DNA of 17,473 nt, taken from the NCBI GenBank assembly GCA_038895675.1, contig JAWANB010000017.1, forward strand, positions 1-17,473. Direction: 5' to 3'. Shown here piece by piece: positions 9,130 through 16,800 of the stretch. The stretch is from Candidatus Iainarchaeum sp. (lineage in GTDB: Archaea; Iainarchaeota; Iainarchaeia; Iainarchaeales; Iainarchaeaceae). The notes beneath the pieces were generated by a model. That model had not been told where the DNA came from. It searched no databases and saw nothing but the letters and a program-made list of their open reading frames with translations. The position numbers were made by a program, and so were the translations under genes. Position 1 is the stretch's first letter; every line of letters begins with the position of its first letter.

Positions 9130-9303
9130 TTACTTTACAATTTTTCTTTCGTTGAATTCAGTATAACCGCATTTACCACAATGAGCTCTTTTTTCATGTA
9201 CTGCCATGAAAACCCCAGGGCCACACTTTGGGCAATATTTATGTCTCACTAATTTTTCGTCTTCTACTTTGTATAATTCTGCTTTCTTTTTTTTATTGCC
9301 CAT
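9130..9303 (-). CDS. rps27ae: 30S ribosomal protein S27ae (eS31)
   Basis: [13 protein letters not shown]...CGKCGYTEF zinc ribbon. ATG 9303 follows the AGGTGA SD; the track's GTG at 9312 is part of that SD. Confidence 0.96.
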   Translation of the reverse strand: MGNKKKKAELYKVEDEKLVRHKYCPKCGPGVFMAVHEKRAHCGKCGYTEFNERKIVK

Positions 9304-9330
9304 TTTTTTCACCTGCCGCGTATTTTTAGT

Positions 9331-9648
9331 TTAGTTGTTTTTAGTTTCTTGTTGCTTTTTTTCTTTTTCTTCTGCTGGAAAATTTCTTTTTATCAAATAA
9401 CTCAATTCTATTTTTTTCAAGTCTTTTTCATTTTTATAAATTTTAGCTAAGCCTTTAATTTCGTTGGAGCCAAAGGTGGTTTTTAGTATGTCAACAACTA
9501 ATAATTTTGGGTCAGCATTGACTATCGCGCTTAATTTCTCTCTTATTTGTTTTCTTGAAGAAGTAGCTCCAGTATTTTTTACTGTGAATTCTATTTCTTC
9601 TCTGTTTAGTAAAAAGTTTTCTTTCCTTGCTGTTATTTCAATTTCCAT
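9331..9648 (-). CDS. rps24e: 30S ribosomal protein S24e (eS24)
   Basis: ENFLLNREEIEF, T-S-S-R, TTFG, GLAKIY, E..Y...RN; GGGTGA SD; canonical position before rps27ae. Confidence 0.93.
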   Translation of the reverse strand: MEIEITARKENFLLNREEIEFTVKNTGATSSRKQIREKLSAIVNADPKLLVVDILKTTFGSNEIKGLAKIYKNEKDLKKIELSYLIKRNFPAEEKEKKQQETKNN

Positions 9649-9660
9649 AATTTCACCCTT

Positions 9661-9858
9661 TCATCTACTTAACCTTAAAGCATACTTTCCGTTTTTTGTT
9701 ATGCCCATTTTATTAGCTATTTCAGATTTTTCTGCGTTAAGTATTATAGTGTAGCCACTCCAAAAGGTAGTGAATTGGTTAGAACCACAAACAGGGCAAA
9801 TTTCACCTGGTTCCTCCAAAACATATCTGCAACTTCTGCATGCTTTGTTTTGTTTCAT
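9661..9858 (-). CDS. spt4: Transcription elongation factor Spt4 (RpoE'')
   Basis: KACRSC...CPVCGS...WSG..II...SEIA..MGI...GKYAL; follows rpoE1. ATG 9858 is the preferred start. Confidence 0.95.
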   Translation of the reverse strand: MKQNKACRSCRYVLEEPGEICPVCGSNQFTTFWSGYTIILNAEKSEIANKMGITKNGKYALRLSR

Positions 9859-9866
9859 TCGGATCA

Positions 9867-10466
9867 CTATTCTTTTTTCTCTTTTTCTTTTGTCGCTTTC
9901 TCTTTTTCTTTAGAGTCTTTTTTCTTTTTCATGTCTATTTTTGCCCATTCTGGCTTGCCTAATCCTGGTTGTCTCATTGTCAGGCCAACTTTAGAATTAG
10001 CTATTGTTCCTTTGAGGCTTAAAGTAACGACTCTTGCAAGTACAACGTCTTTCTTTGTAAGCTTCTTTTTTGATTCTTTGCCTACAAATCCAGGTAATTT
10101 AGAGTCATAGTTTATGTAATCGTCCATTATTTGGCTAACATGAACTAAAGCGTCTATTGGTCCAGTTTTTATAAAAGCCCCGAACTCAGTAACGTCAGTA
10201 ACTTCGCCTTCAATTAACTCTTGTATTTTTGGTTTGTAAGTTATCAATGAAATATCAGCCTCATAATATGCTGCTCCATCTCCTGGCACTATTCTGCCTT
10301 CTCCTATATTATTAATGCCTATAACTGCCACTATAACGCCTAACTCTTCATCTAATATGCCTTCATAAACATTCTTTGCTTGCTTAACTATAGATTCTTC
10401 TATTTTATTGCCTAGTTCAGCAGGCGGAATTCTTATAGTATCTCTAATAACACAATTTGCATACAT
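9867..10466 (-). CDS. rpoE1: DNA-directed RNA polymerase subunit Rpo7 (E')
   Basis: IRIPP, GRIVPGDGAAY, S1 domain (EFGAF..GPIDALVHVSQIMDD) and KVGLTMRQPGLGKPEW; AGGTGG SD. Confidence 0.96.
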   Translation of the reverse strand: MYANCVIRDTIRIPPAELGNKIEESIVKQAKNVYEGILDEELGVIVAVIGINNIGEGRIVPGDGAAYYEADISLITYKPKIQELIEGEVTDVTEFGAFIKTGPIDALVHVSQIMDDYINYDSKLPGFVGKESKKKLTKKDVVLARVVTLSLKGTIANSKVGLTMRQPGLGKPEWAKIDMKKKKDSKEKEKATKEKEKKE

Positions 10467-10477
10467 TTAAACCACCT

Positions 10478-10858
10478 TTATCCTAAACAAACAAACTTCC
10501 TTTGCCTTAAAAATAAGACTTTGCCACCATTAATTTTGATACTACTAATCAATTTTTTATCGTTAGTGGCTATTATGCAATGCTCCGCGAGTTTTAAAAG
10601 AGCATCGTCAGCAGATAAATTCTCTAAAGAAACAATTTTAATTTGTTTCTTAGAGAGCAAACTCAAAGCAATACGGGCTTCTGTGCCTTTTTTGCCTTTA
10701 TTTTTGCTTAATTTTTCTAATTCTGCCAAAACAGGCTTAGGAACGCAAAAATAAACCGTTCCGAAGAGTTTTTTTATTTCAGAAAAAACATCTACTTTAA
10801 ACTTCGTTATGTTTAAGAGCATGTTTGTGTCTAAAGCTACTTTTATTCGTTCTTGCAT
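10478..10858 (-). CDS. PIN-domain protein (Fcf1/Utp24-like, archaeal rRNA-processing type)
   Basis: ALDTN, VLAELEKL, ADDALL and IATNDKKL acidic PIN motifs; conserved position upstream of rpoE1. ATG 10858 lies ~25 nt after a TTTTTAA element. Confidence 0.88.
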   Translation of the reverse strand: MQERIKVALDTNMLLNITKFKVDVFSEIKKLFGTVYFCVPKPVLAELEKLSKNKGKKGTEARIALSLLSKKQIKIVSLENLSADDALLKLAEHCIIATNDKKLISSIKINGGKVLFLRQRKFVCLG

Positions 10859-10908
10859 AATAAATAACAATAAAATCTGCTTAAAAATGTCTTTTTCTGA
10901 TTTGATTT

Positions 10909-10977
10909 AAAAAAAATGTAGGCCCAAGAAATGAACTAAAGCATAATATTATGATGCCGCATTTCTCAGACCTATCC
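10909..10977 (-). ncRNA. Candidate structured RNA: 15-bp stem (12 WC + 3 G-U on the minus strand) with an inner hairpin and U8 tail; a small RNA or a 3'-end structure/terminator
   Basis: Arms are 10960-10974 and 10919-10933. All three non-WC positions are G-U on the minus strand. A U8 run lies at 10916-10909. The family is not recognised. Confidence 0.5.
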
Positions 10978-10999
10978 AACAAAATTAACTCCAAATTTT

Positions 11000-11281
11000 T
11001 TATAATTCAGGTATTATTGGCGGTCTTTCGTCAGTCACACCTAATATGTATGTTGCCATTTTCATAGTATACTTTAAGTAAGCTCTTATTAAATTCGCTA
11101 CAAAAATAATTCTTTTTCCAAGTATCAGCGTTGTTAAAAAGTTTAGGCCAATCATAAAAAAAGCTACTAAGCCTAATATTCCGCCTATTATATATAACAC
11201 TATAAAATAAATTATTCTGAATATCCATTCTATTCTACTTGCTTTTTCTTCTATTGTTATTTCAACTTGAACAGTATTCAA
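11000..11281 (-). CDS. Small membrane protein, DUF4389-like
   Basis: SR...IFR, two hydrophobic helices, LILGKR and C-terminal Y..GVTDERP resemble DUF4389. TTG 11281 follows a strong GAGGTGAT SD. Confidence 0.72.
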   Translation of the reverse strand: MNTVQVEITIEEKASRIEWIFRIIYFIVLYIIGGILGLVAFFMIGLNFLTTLILGKRIIFVANLIRAYLKYTMKMATYILGVTDERPPIIPEL

Positions 11282-11367
11282 AAAAATCACCTCTAACAAT
11301 AGTTTTTTTTTTAATATTTAAACATTTCTTACCTCTATTTCTTAATCGAACTTTGAAAGGCTAAACC

Positions 11368-12975
11368 ATGTCAATTCAGCAAGACGCTTTTCGTTATGCA
11401 ATAAAAAACGCTTATGAACACAAAGGCAAGGCTAATCAAGGGGCTGTTTTAGGAAAGCTCAAGGCTTTGTATAAAGACGAAGATGTAAAGTATTTGGCTT
11501 TAGTTGCCAAAGAGGCGTGCGATAAAGTAAATTCTTTTGAGTTTAGTGAAATAGAACGCAATTTCAAAGTCTTTGATGTTCAAGGTTGGGAGTTAAAGCC
11601 TCAACAAGGCAGAACTGGTTTGCCTAATCTTGACTGGGCTGAGAAAGGAGAAAAAGTAATTACTCGTTATGCTCCTAATCCTAACGGCCCAATGCATTTA
11701 GGCAACGCAAGAGCCGCTTTTTTGAGTTATGCTTACGCTGAAAAGTATTCAGGTAAATTCATTTTGAGGTTTGAGGACACTGATCCAAAAGTAAAAAAAC
11801 CCATGAAGGACCCGGAAAAAGTTTTTAAGGAAGACTTGGAATGGCTTGGTATAAGAGTTAGTGAAATTTACTTTGCTTCTGACAGGCTAAATATTTACTA
11901 TGATTACATGAGAAAAATAATAAGGTTAGGCAAGGCTTATGTTTGTTTTTGCGAGCCAGAAGAATGGAAAGAAAAAATTTTGACAATGCAACCTTGTCCT
12001 TGTAGGGGAAAAAAAGTTGAAGAGCATTTGGCTTCTTTTGAAAAAATGGTTTCTCACGAACTAACAGAAGGAAGTTGTGTGTTGAGACTCAAAACGGACC
12101 TTTCGCATAAAGATCCGAGTGTTAGGGATTGGTGGATTGCAAGAATAATTGATAATCCTGATCATCCGAGAGTAGGTAAAAAGTTTCATGTTTGGCCAAG
12201 CTACATGTTTCAAAGCGCAATTGACGATCACGAATTAGGAATAACACTTATTTTAAGAGGCCAAGAACATAGTCAAAACCAAACAAAACAAGAATATCTT
12301 TACAATTACTTTGGTTGGAAGTATCCACATGCAATACACTTCGGCAGGTTTAGTATTGGCAATATTGTTTTGTCAACCTCAAAAACAAAAGAAGGCATTG
12401 AAAAAGGTTTTTATAAAGGCTGGGATGATGTTAGGTTAGGGACTTTAAAGGCTTTTAGGCGAAGAGGCTTCAAGCCAGAGGCTTTACAAAAAATAATAAT
12501 AGATTCAGGTTTAACAGCGAGTGATGCAAAGATTTCTTTTGACAAATTAGCTTCTTATAATAGAGAATTGATAGTCAATCAAGCTAAGAGAACTCCTTTT
12601 TTTAAAGAAGTTCAACAAATAATTATTGAAAAAAATTCTTTTGATTTCCCAAGAGAGATTTATGTAGAGAAGCAATTGGCTTTTTCTAACATTGGCAAAA
12701 CTTTGAGGCTAAAAAACTCTTTTGCTATAACAATAACACGAAACCAAAAAGGTTTTTTTGGTTCTTTGTCCAAGTCAACGCAAAATTATAGTCAAACAAT
12801 TTTGTGGATTTGCAAACCGTTGGAAGTGAATTTGTTGCTTGATGATAATTCTATTCTGAAAGGTTTTATTGAATCAACTAACTTGAATAATGGAGAATAT
12901 TTTTACTTGGAAAAAATAGGTTTTTTCATTGTTGATGACAAAGAAAAAAGTTTGCTTTGCTATTCTCACTATTAA
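11368..12975 (+). CDS. gltX: Glutamate--tRNA ligase, archaeal type
   Basis: N-terminal NA..H.GKA..GAVLGK, TRYAPNPNGPMHLGN (HIGH), LRFEDTDP, CFC...CPC, RGQEH, LSTS (archaeal KMSKS equivalent) and GWDDVRLGT...RRG. Confidence 0.97.
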   Translation: MSIQQDAFRYAIKNAYEHKGKANQGAVLGKLKALYKDEDVKYLALVAKEACDKVNSFEFSEIERNFKVFDVQGWELKPQQGRTGLPNLDWAEKGEKVITRYAPNPNGPMHLGNARAAFLSYAYAEKYSGKFILRFEDTDPKVKKPMKDPEKVFKEDLEWLGIRVSEIYFASDRLNIYYDYMRKIIRLGKAYVCFCEPEEWKEKILTMQPCPCRGKKVEEHLASFEKMVSHELTEGSCVLRLKTDLSHKDPSVRDWWIARIIDNPDHPRVGKKFHVWPSYMFQSAIDDHELGITLILRGQEHSQNQTKQEYLYNYFGWKYPHAIHFGRFSIGNIVLSTSKTKEGIEKGFYKGWDDVRLGTLKAFRRRGFKPEALQKIIIDSGLTASDAKISFDKLASYNRELIVNQAKRTPFFKEVQQIIIEKNSFDFPREIYVEKQLAFSNIGKTLRLKNSFAITITRNQKGFFGSLSKSTQNYSQTILWICKPLEVNLLLDDNSILKGFIESTNLNNGEYFYLEKIGFFIVDDKEKSLLCYSHY

Positions 12976-12986
12976 ATTCTTTTCAT

Positions 12987-14210
12987 TTATTTTATTATTC
13001 CGTAAGCTGTCAATCTCCATCCGCTTTGCTCTCTTTTGCTTATAGCAATTTTTTCCCCTTTTTCTACAACCGCTGGAATTCTAAGCCTTACTTCAAAAAC
13101 ATTTTTTCCTAAAGGCCTAACTATTTGTCCTACTATTGTTGCTGTTCCTATTGCAAGCACGACATAATCATTAGTCTTTAGTTTAGTGTCAACCTTGTCA
13201 AGAAGCCTTTCTATTTCATGCACTTCAACATTTAATTCATTAACAGGTTTTGGCAAGGTTCCTGGCTTTCCAACAACTTGACCTCGCATTTCATCATTTT
13301 TTGTAAAGTAAGGGTCTAACTCTGTGCCTATCGCTATTAGTCCGCCAGGGCGAGCTTCTGTCAGGTTTCCTGCTTCTGTTGCTAAACTAACAACTTTTGT
13401 TACTATTGGTTTTCCTTCAATTCCTGGGCTTATTTCTATTTCTTCGCCAACTTTTATTTTTCCTGAAATTATACTTCCACCTATTACTCCCCCGACGATG
13501 TTTTCTGGCTTTGTTCCAGGCTTGTTTACGTCAAAACTTCTTGCAACATACATTTTCAAGTTGCTTTCTAAATCAAGTTTTGGTGTTGGTATGTTTTTTT
13601 CTATTGCTTCTATGAGCAAGTCAATATTGATTCCTAAATTTGCTGCTATTGGTATTATTGGTGCATTTTCATAACCATATTGTTTCAAAAAAACCTTTAT
13701 TTCTTCATAGCTTTCTTTTGCTCTCTTTTCGTCAACCAGATCTATTTTGTTTTGTGCTACAACAATATTCTTTATTCCACCTATATTCAAAGCCATTAAG
13801 TGTTCTGCTGTTCTTGGTTGAGGACACTTTTCGTTAGCAGCTATGACAAGAACGGCTCCATGCATTAAAGCAGCTCCAGACAGCATTGTTGCCATTAGTG
13901 TCTCATGACCAGGTGCATCTACAAAAGAAACTCGCCTGCTCACTACGGGTTTACTTCCTTGTGGGCATTTTCCATTGCTGTTATAAGCTTCTGGTCCTTC
14001 CATGTTTTCGCATTTGTAAAAAGTAGTGTCAGCATAGCCTAATCTTATTGAAATACCTTTCTTTATTTCTTCGCTATGTGTGTCAGTCCACTTTCCACTT
14101 AAAGCTTTTACTAAACTTGTTTTGCCATGGTCAACATGTCCAATCATGCCTATATTAACTTCAGCTTGTAATACTTGCTTTGTCTCATTTTGTTTTTGTT
14201 TTTTTACCAT
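12987..14210 (-). CDS. eif2g: Translation initiation factor 2 gamma subunit (aIF2-gamma)
   Basis: QAEVNIGMIGHVDHGKT, HSEEIKKGISIRLGY, DAPGHETLMATMLSGA, QNKID, RSFDVNKPG, PGGLIAIGT.LDP and WRL..YG. ATG 14210 is the preferred start. Confidence 0.97.
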   Translation of the reverse strand: MVKKQKQNETKQVLQAEVNIGMIGHVDHGKTSLVKALSGKWTDTHSEEIKKGISIRLGYADTTFYKCENMEGPEAYNSNGKCPQGSKPVVSRRVSFVDAPGHETLMATMLSGAALMHGAVLVIAANEKCPQPRTAEHLMALNIGGIKNIVVAQNKIDLVDEKRAKESYEEIKVFLKQYGYENAPIIPIAANLGINIDLLIEAIEKNIPTPKLDLESNLKMYVARSFDVNKPGTKPENIVGGVIGGSIISGKIKVGEEIEISPGIEGKPIVTKVVSLATEAGNLTEARPGGLIAIGTELDPYFTKNDEMRGQVVGKPGTLPKPVNELNVEVHEIERLLDKVDTKLKTNDYVVLAIGTATIVGQIVRPLGKNVFEVRLRIPAVVEKGEKIAISKREQSGWRLTAYGIIK

Positions 14211-14219
14211 AAAGATCAA

Positions 14220-14615
14220 TTACTTTGGTTTTGCAGAGGTTTTTTCTTTTGGTTTTTCTTTATTTTCTCCACCTAATATTTCTTCAAGGGGTTTTTGTCC
14301 ATACTTTACTACTTTTAGGTTTAATTGCTGAATTTCTTCACTAACAAGGCTTCCTCTTCTTGAAACCTTTTTTTTCAACCCGTTTTTAGGTTCTACTATT
14401 TTCAAAACTTTTTTTCTTGCTCCACCTTCCAAGCCTTTTTGCATTGGAAAACCTTGCTTGTCAGAACCCCCCGTAATTATGGCTGAATAACCTTCAAGGC
14501 CTATTATTCCTAATTCTACTTCGTTTCCTATTTTTTTTCCGATAAACATTGAAGCGTTGTCTATTGTTTTAGTATACGCTTTTCTTGTTTTCGGATCTGA
14601 CACTACTAACTTCAT
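14220..14615 (-). CDS. rps6e: 30S ribosomal protein S6e (eS6)
   Basis: KLVVSDPKT, FIGKKIG, ITGGSDKQGFPM and RG...SEEIQQLNLKV; located between infB and eif2g. Confidence 0.96.
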   Translation of the reverse strand: MKLVVSDPKTRKAYTKTIDNASMFIGKKIGNEVELGIIGLEGYSAIITGGSDKQGFPMQKGLEGGARKKVLKIVEPKNGLKKKVSRRGSLVSEEIQQLNLKVVKYGQKPLEEILGGENKEKPKEKTSAKPK

Positions 14616-16357
14616 TTTTCTTCCTCCTTTTCAATATCAGCTTGGAGAGCCCTTATTTCCTCTATTAAAGCAAGTTCTTCGCGTGAAAAAGAGTCAATAA
14701 TGCTCTCTATCTTGCTAAAATGACTTTTAGGTATAAATGTATATAATTCATCTCCTTCCGAAAAGTCTTTATCTAAAACTGCTTCTTCTATTGAAATGGC
14801 TATCTCCATGTCTTTTGTTGCTTCTTCAATGTTCTTATTTTCACTTTGTAACGCAAGTACTTTGCCAATGACCTTGTTTTTTTTCATTAATGAAACTCCT
14901 TTTTTTAGTTTTCCTTCCAAAACTTTTATTCCTACTATTGCAGGTTCACTTCTTCTAAAAACAAATCCTTCCAAAACTTTTATTTTTGCAGGATAAGTTA
15001 TTTCTGCTAATTTTTTTCTTTTTTCAGCTTCTTTTTCTTCTATTACCCATTTTTCATAGTCTTCTATTATTCTATATACTACATCATTTTTGAAAATTTT
15101 TATAGAGCGCTTTTGTGCTTCTTGTTCTGCCTGAGGGCTTACTTTAGTGTGAAAAGCAAATATCACTCCTTTGAACTTATCTTTTTCCATTACTGCTTGC
15201 GCTTCAATGACGTCAGACCTTTGTATGTCTCCAACATCGGCTTTTTTTACTTTTATTCCTTTTGTTTCAAGAATTTTCACTAGCGCTTCTAAACTTCCGA
15301 GAGTATTGCTTCTAACTATTGGCCCTATTGAGTCTGACTCGAACCTTACTTTGTTTATTTCTTCCATTATTTCTTTTTCGTTGCTTTCTCCAGCAAGTCT
15401 TAGCGGAGAACCTGCTAGTGCTTCATCGAGGTTTGGAGCTGCTATTTTAACTCCTGCTGCTGCATGAACTTTTTTTATTGAAACATATTTTTCGTTTCCT
15501 TTTGAGCTAAATTGTTTTGGTTCTAACAGAGCTCTTATTTTTGTTTTGATTATTCCATTTTTTCCTCCTAAAATTATTTCATCGCCTACACTCAAAGAAC
15601 CTTCGTAAATTATTATATCTAAAGTTTTTCCAAGTCCTTTTTCTTCTTTTACTTCGAGGACTGACGCTAAACATTTTTCGTTTTTTATGTCAAGTTTTTT
15701 TTCAAGGTATTTTTGAGAGAGTGCTGCTAAAAAAAGTAATGTTTCTGCTATACCTATCTTGAATTTTGCTGAAATCGGTATTATTGTTATTTCTTTCGTA
15801 AAGTCTTTTACTCTGTCAAATCTTTCAGCAGAAAAACCTTTTTCGTACAATTGGCCTACTATTGTATAAATTCTTTGGTCCAATTCTTGCAGAACTTCTT
15901 GCCTTTGTTCTTTTTCGTTTTCAATAAAAGTTCCTTCTTTTATGTTCCAACCCTTTATAGTGTCTATCTTGTTTGCTGCTACGATAAAAGGGCATTTGTA
16001 ATTTTTGAGTATTTCTATTGCTTCGTTTGTTTGTTCTTGCATTCCGACGTTAATGTCAATAACTAAAATTGCTATGTCTGCGAGACTACTTCCTCTTTGT
16101 CTAAGACTAACAAAAGCTTCATGGCCTGGTGTGTCTATGAATAAAAGCCCTGGTATTTTTATTTGAAAATTAAATTTTTCTGCAATGCTTTTTGTTATGC
16201 TGTTGATTATGCTCGTTGGTACTTCTGTTGCACCTATGTGTTGGGTTATGCCTCCTGCTTCTTTTTCTGTTACAGAGGTTCCTCTTATTGCGTCCAAGTA
16301 CCTTGTTTTTCCATGATCTACATGGCCAAGCACTGTCACTATAGGTTTTCTGAGCAT
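14612..16357 (-). CDS. infB: Translation initiation factor aIF5B (IF-2), no intein
   Basis: LRKPIVTVLGHVDHGKT, EAGGITQHIGAT, PGLLFIDTPGHEAF, NKID, GSLEAL and FRRSEPAIVG; the 581-aa length is archaeal. Confidence 0.97.
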   Translation of the reverse strand: MLRKPIVTVLGHVDHGKTRYLDAIRGTSVTEKEAGGITQHIGATEVPTSIINSITKSIAEKFNFQIKIPGLLFIDTPGHEAFVSLRQRGSSLADIAILVIDINVGMQEQTNEAIEILKNYKCPFIVAANKIDTIKGWNIKEGTFIENEKEQRQEVLQELDQRIYTIVGQLYEKGFSAERFDRVKDFTKEITIIPISAKFKIGIAETLLFLAALSQKYLEKKLDIKNEKCLASVLEVKEEKGLGKTLDIIIYEGSLSVGDEIILGGKNGIIKTKIRALLEPKQFSSKGNEKYVSIKKVHAAAGVKIAAPNLDEALAGSPLRLAGESNEKEIMEEINKVRFESDSIGPIVRSNTLGSLEALVKILETKGIKVKKADVGDIQRSDVIEAQAVMEKDKFKGVIFAFHTKVSPQAEQEAQKRSIKIFKNDVVYRIIEDYEKWVIEEKEAEKRKKLAEITYPAKIKVLEGFVFRRSEPAIVGIKVLEGKLKKGVSLMKKNKVIGKVLALQSENKNIEEATKDMEIAISIEEAVLDKDFSEGDELYTFIPKSHFSKIESIIDSFSREELALIEEIRALQADIEKEEEK

Positions 16358-16361
16358 TTCA

Positions 16362-16799
16362 TCAACTCAATCCGGTAGAACCAAAGCCTTTTGAGCCTCT
16401 TTTGGTTTCTTTTAATTCTGATTCGATCAACTTTGGTTGTTCTACTTTTGCAAAAACTATTTGAGCTATTTTTTTTCCTTTTTCTACCTTGTATTCTTCG
16501 TTGCCTAAATTAATCAAAATGACTTTTATTTCTCCTCTATACCCTGCATCTATAGTGCCTGGCGTGTTAACCATGCTTATGCCGTGTTTTATTGCCAAAC
16601 CACTTTTAGGCCTTATTTGTCCTTCATAGCCTTTTGGTATTTCTAAGCTTATTCCTGTTGAAACAAGTTTTCTTTCAAATGGTTTTATTATTACTTCTTC
16701 AGCGCTGTAAATGTCAAAGCCAGAGTCATCATGGTGTTCTTGTTTTGGCATTTTTGCTTCTTGAGAAAGGCGCTTGACCTTCACGATCAAAGCTTTCAC
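16362..16799 (-). CDS. dut: Trimeric dUTP diphosphatase
   Basis: All five motifs are present: SGFDI, PKSGLA, GTIDAGYRGEI, KIAQ and RGSKGFGSTG. The start may be TTG 16790, after GAGGTGA. Confidence 0.95.
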   Translation of the reverse strand: MKALIVKVKRLSQEAKMPKQEHHDDSGFDIYSAEEVIIKPFERKLVSTGISLEIPKGYEGQIRPKSGLAIKHGISMVNTPGTIDAGYRGEIKVILINLGNEEYKVEKGKKIAQIVFAKVEQPKLIESELKETKRGSKGFGSTGLS

Positions 16800-16800
16800 C

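Noticed and set aside
10478..10858. PIN gene as a VapC toxin of a toxin-antitoxin module
   Set aside because: There is no adjacent antitoxin, and its position before rpoE1 is that of the conserved housekeeping PIN protein.
10917..10977. Hairpin ending in ACA read as an H/ACA guide, C/D box RNA, fluoride riboswitch, SECIS or split-tRNA half
   Set aside because: There is no K-turn/K-loop and no bipartite pocket placing the upper stem 14-16 nt from ACA. C/D boxes are incomplete. The riboswitch core before CCUAC is absent. There is no in-frame TGA upstream and no T-loop. It is kept only as an unclassified structure.
11303..11312. T10 homopolymer in a promoter as a phase-variation tract
   Set aside because: Long A/T runs are frequent throughout this AT-rich window, and no gene here is frameshifted.
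11311..11335. GAGGT-led mini-ORF ATG-TTT-AAA-TAT-TAA on the minus strand
   Set aside because: It coincides with the probable TATA box (TTTAAATA) of the DUF4389-like gene, so it is likely upstream of the transcription start.
16297..16330. aIF5B P-loop followed by RY (GKTRYLD) instead of TL/SL/KL
   Set aside because: The GxxxxGKT core is intact and the following positions vary in this family, so no functional claim is supportable.
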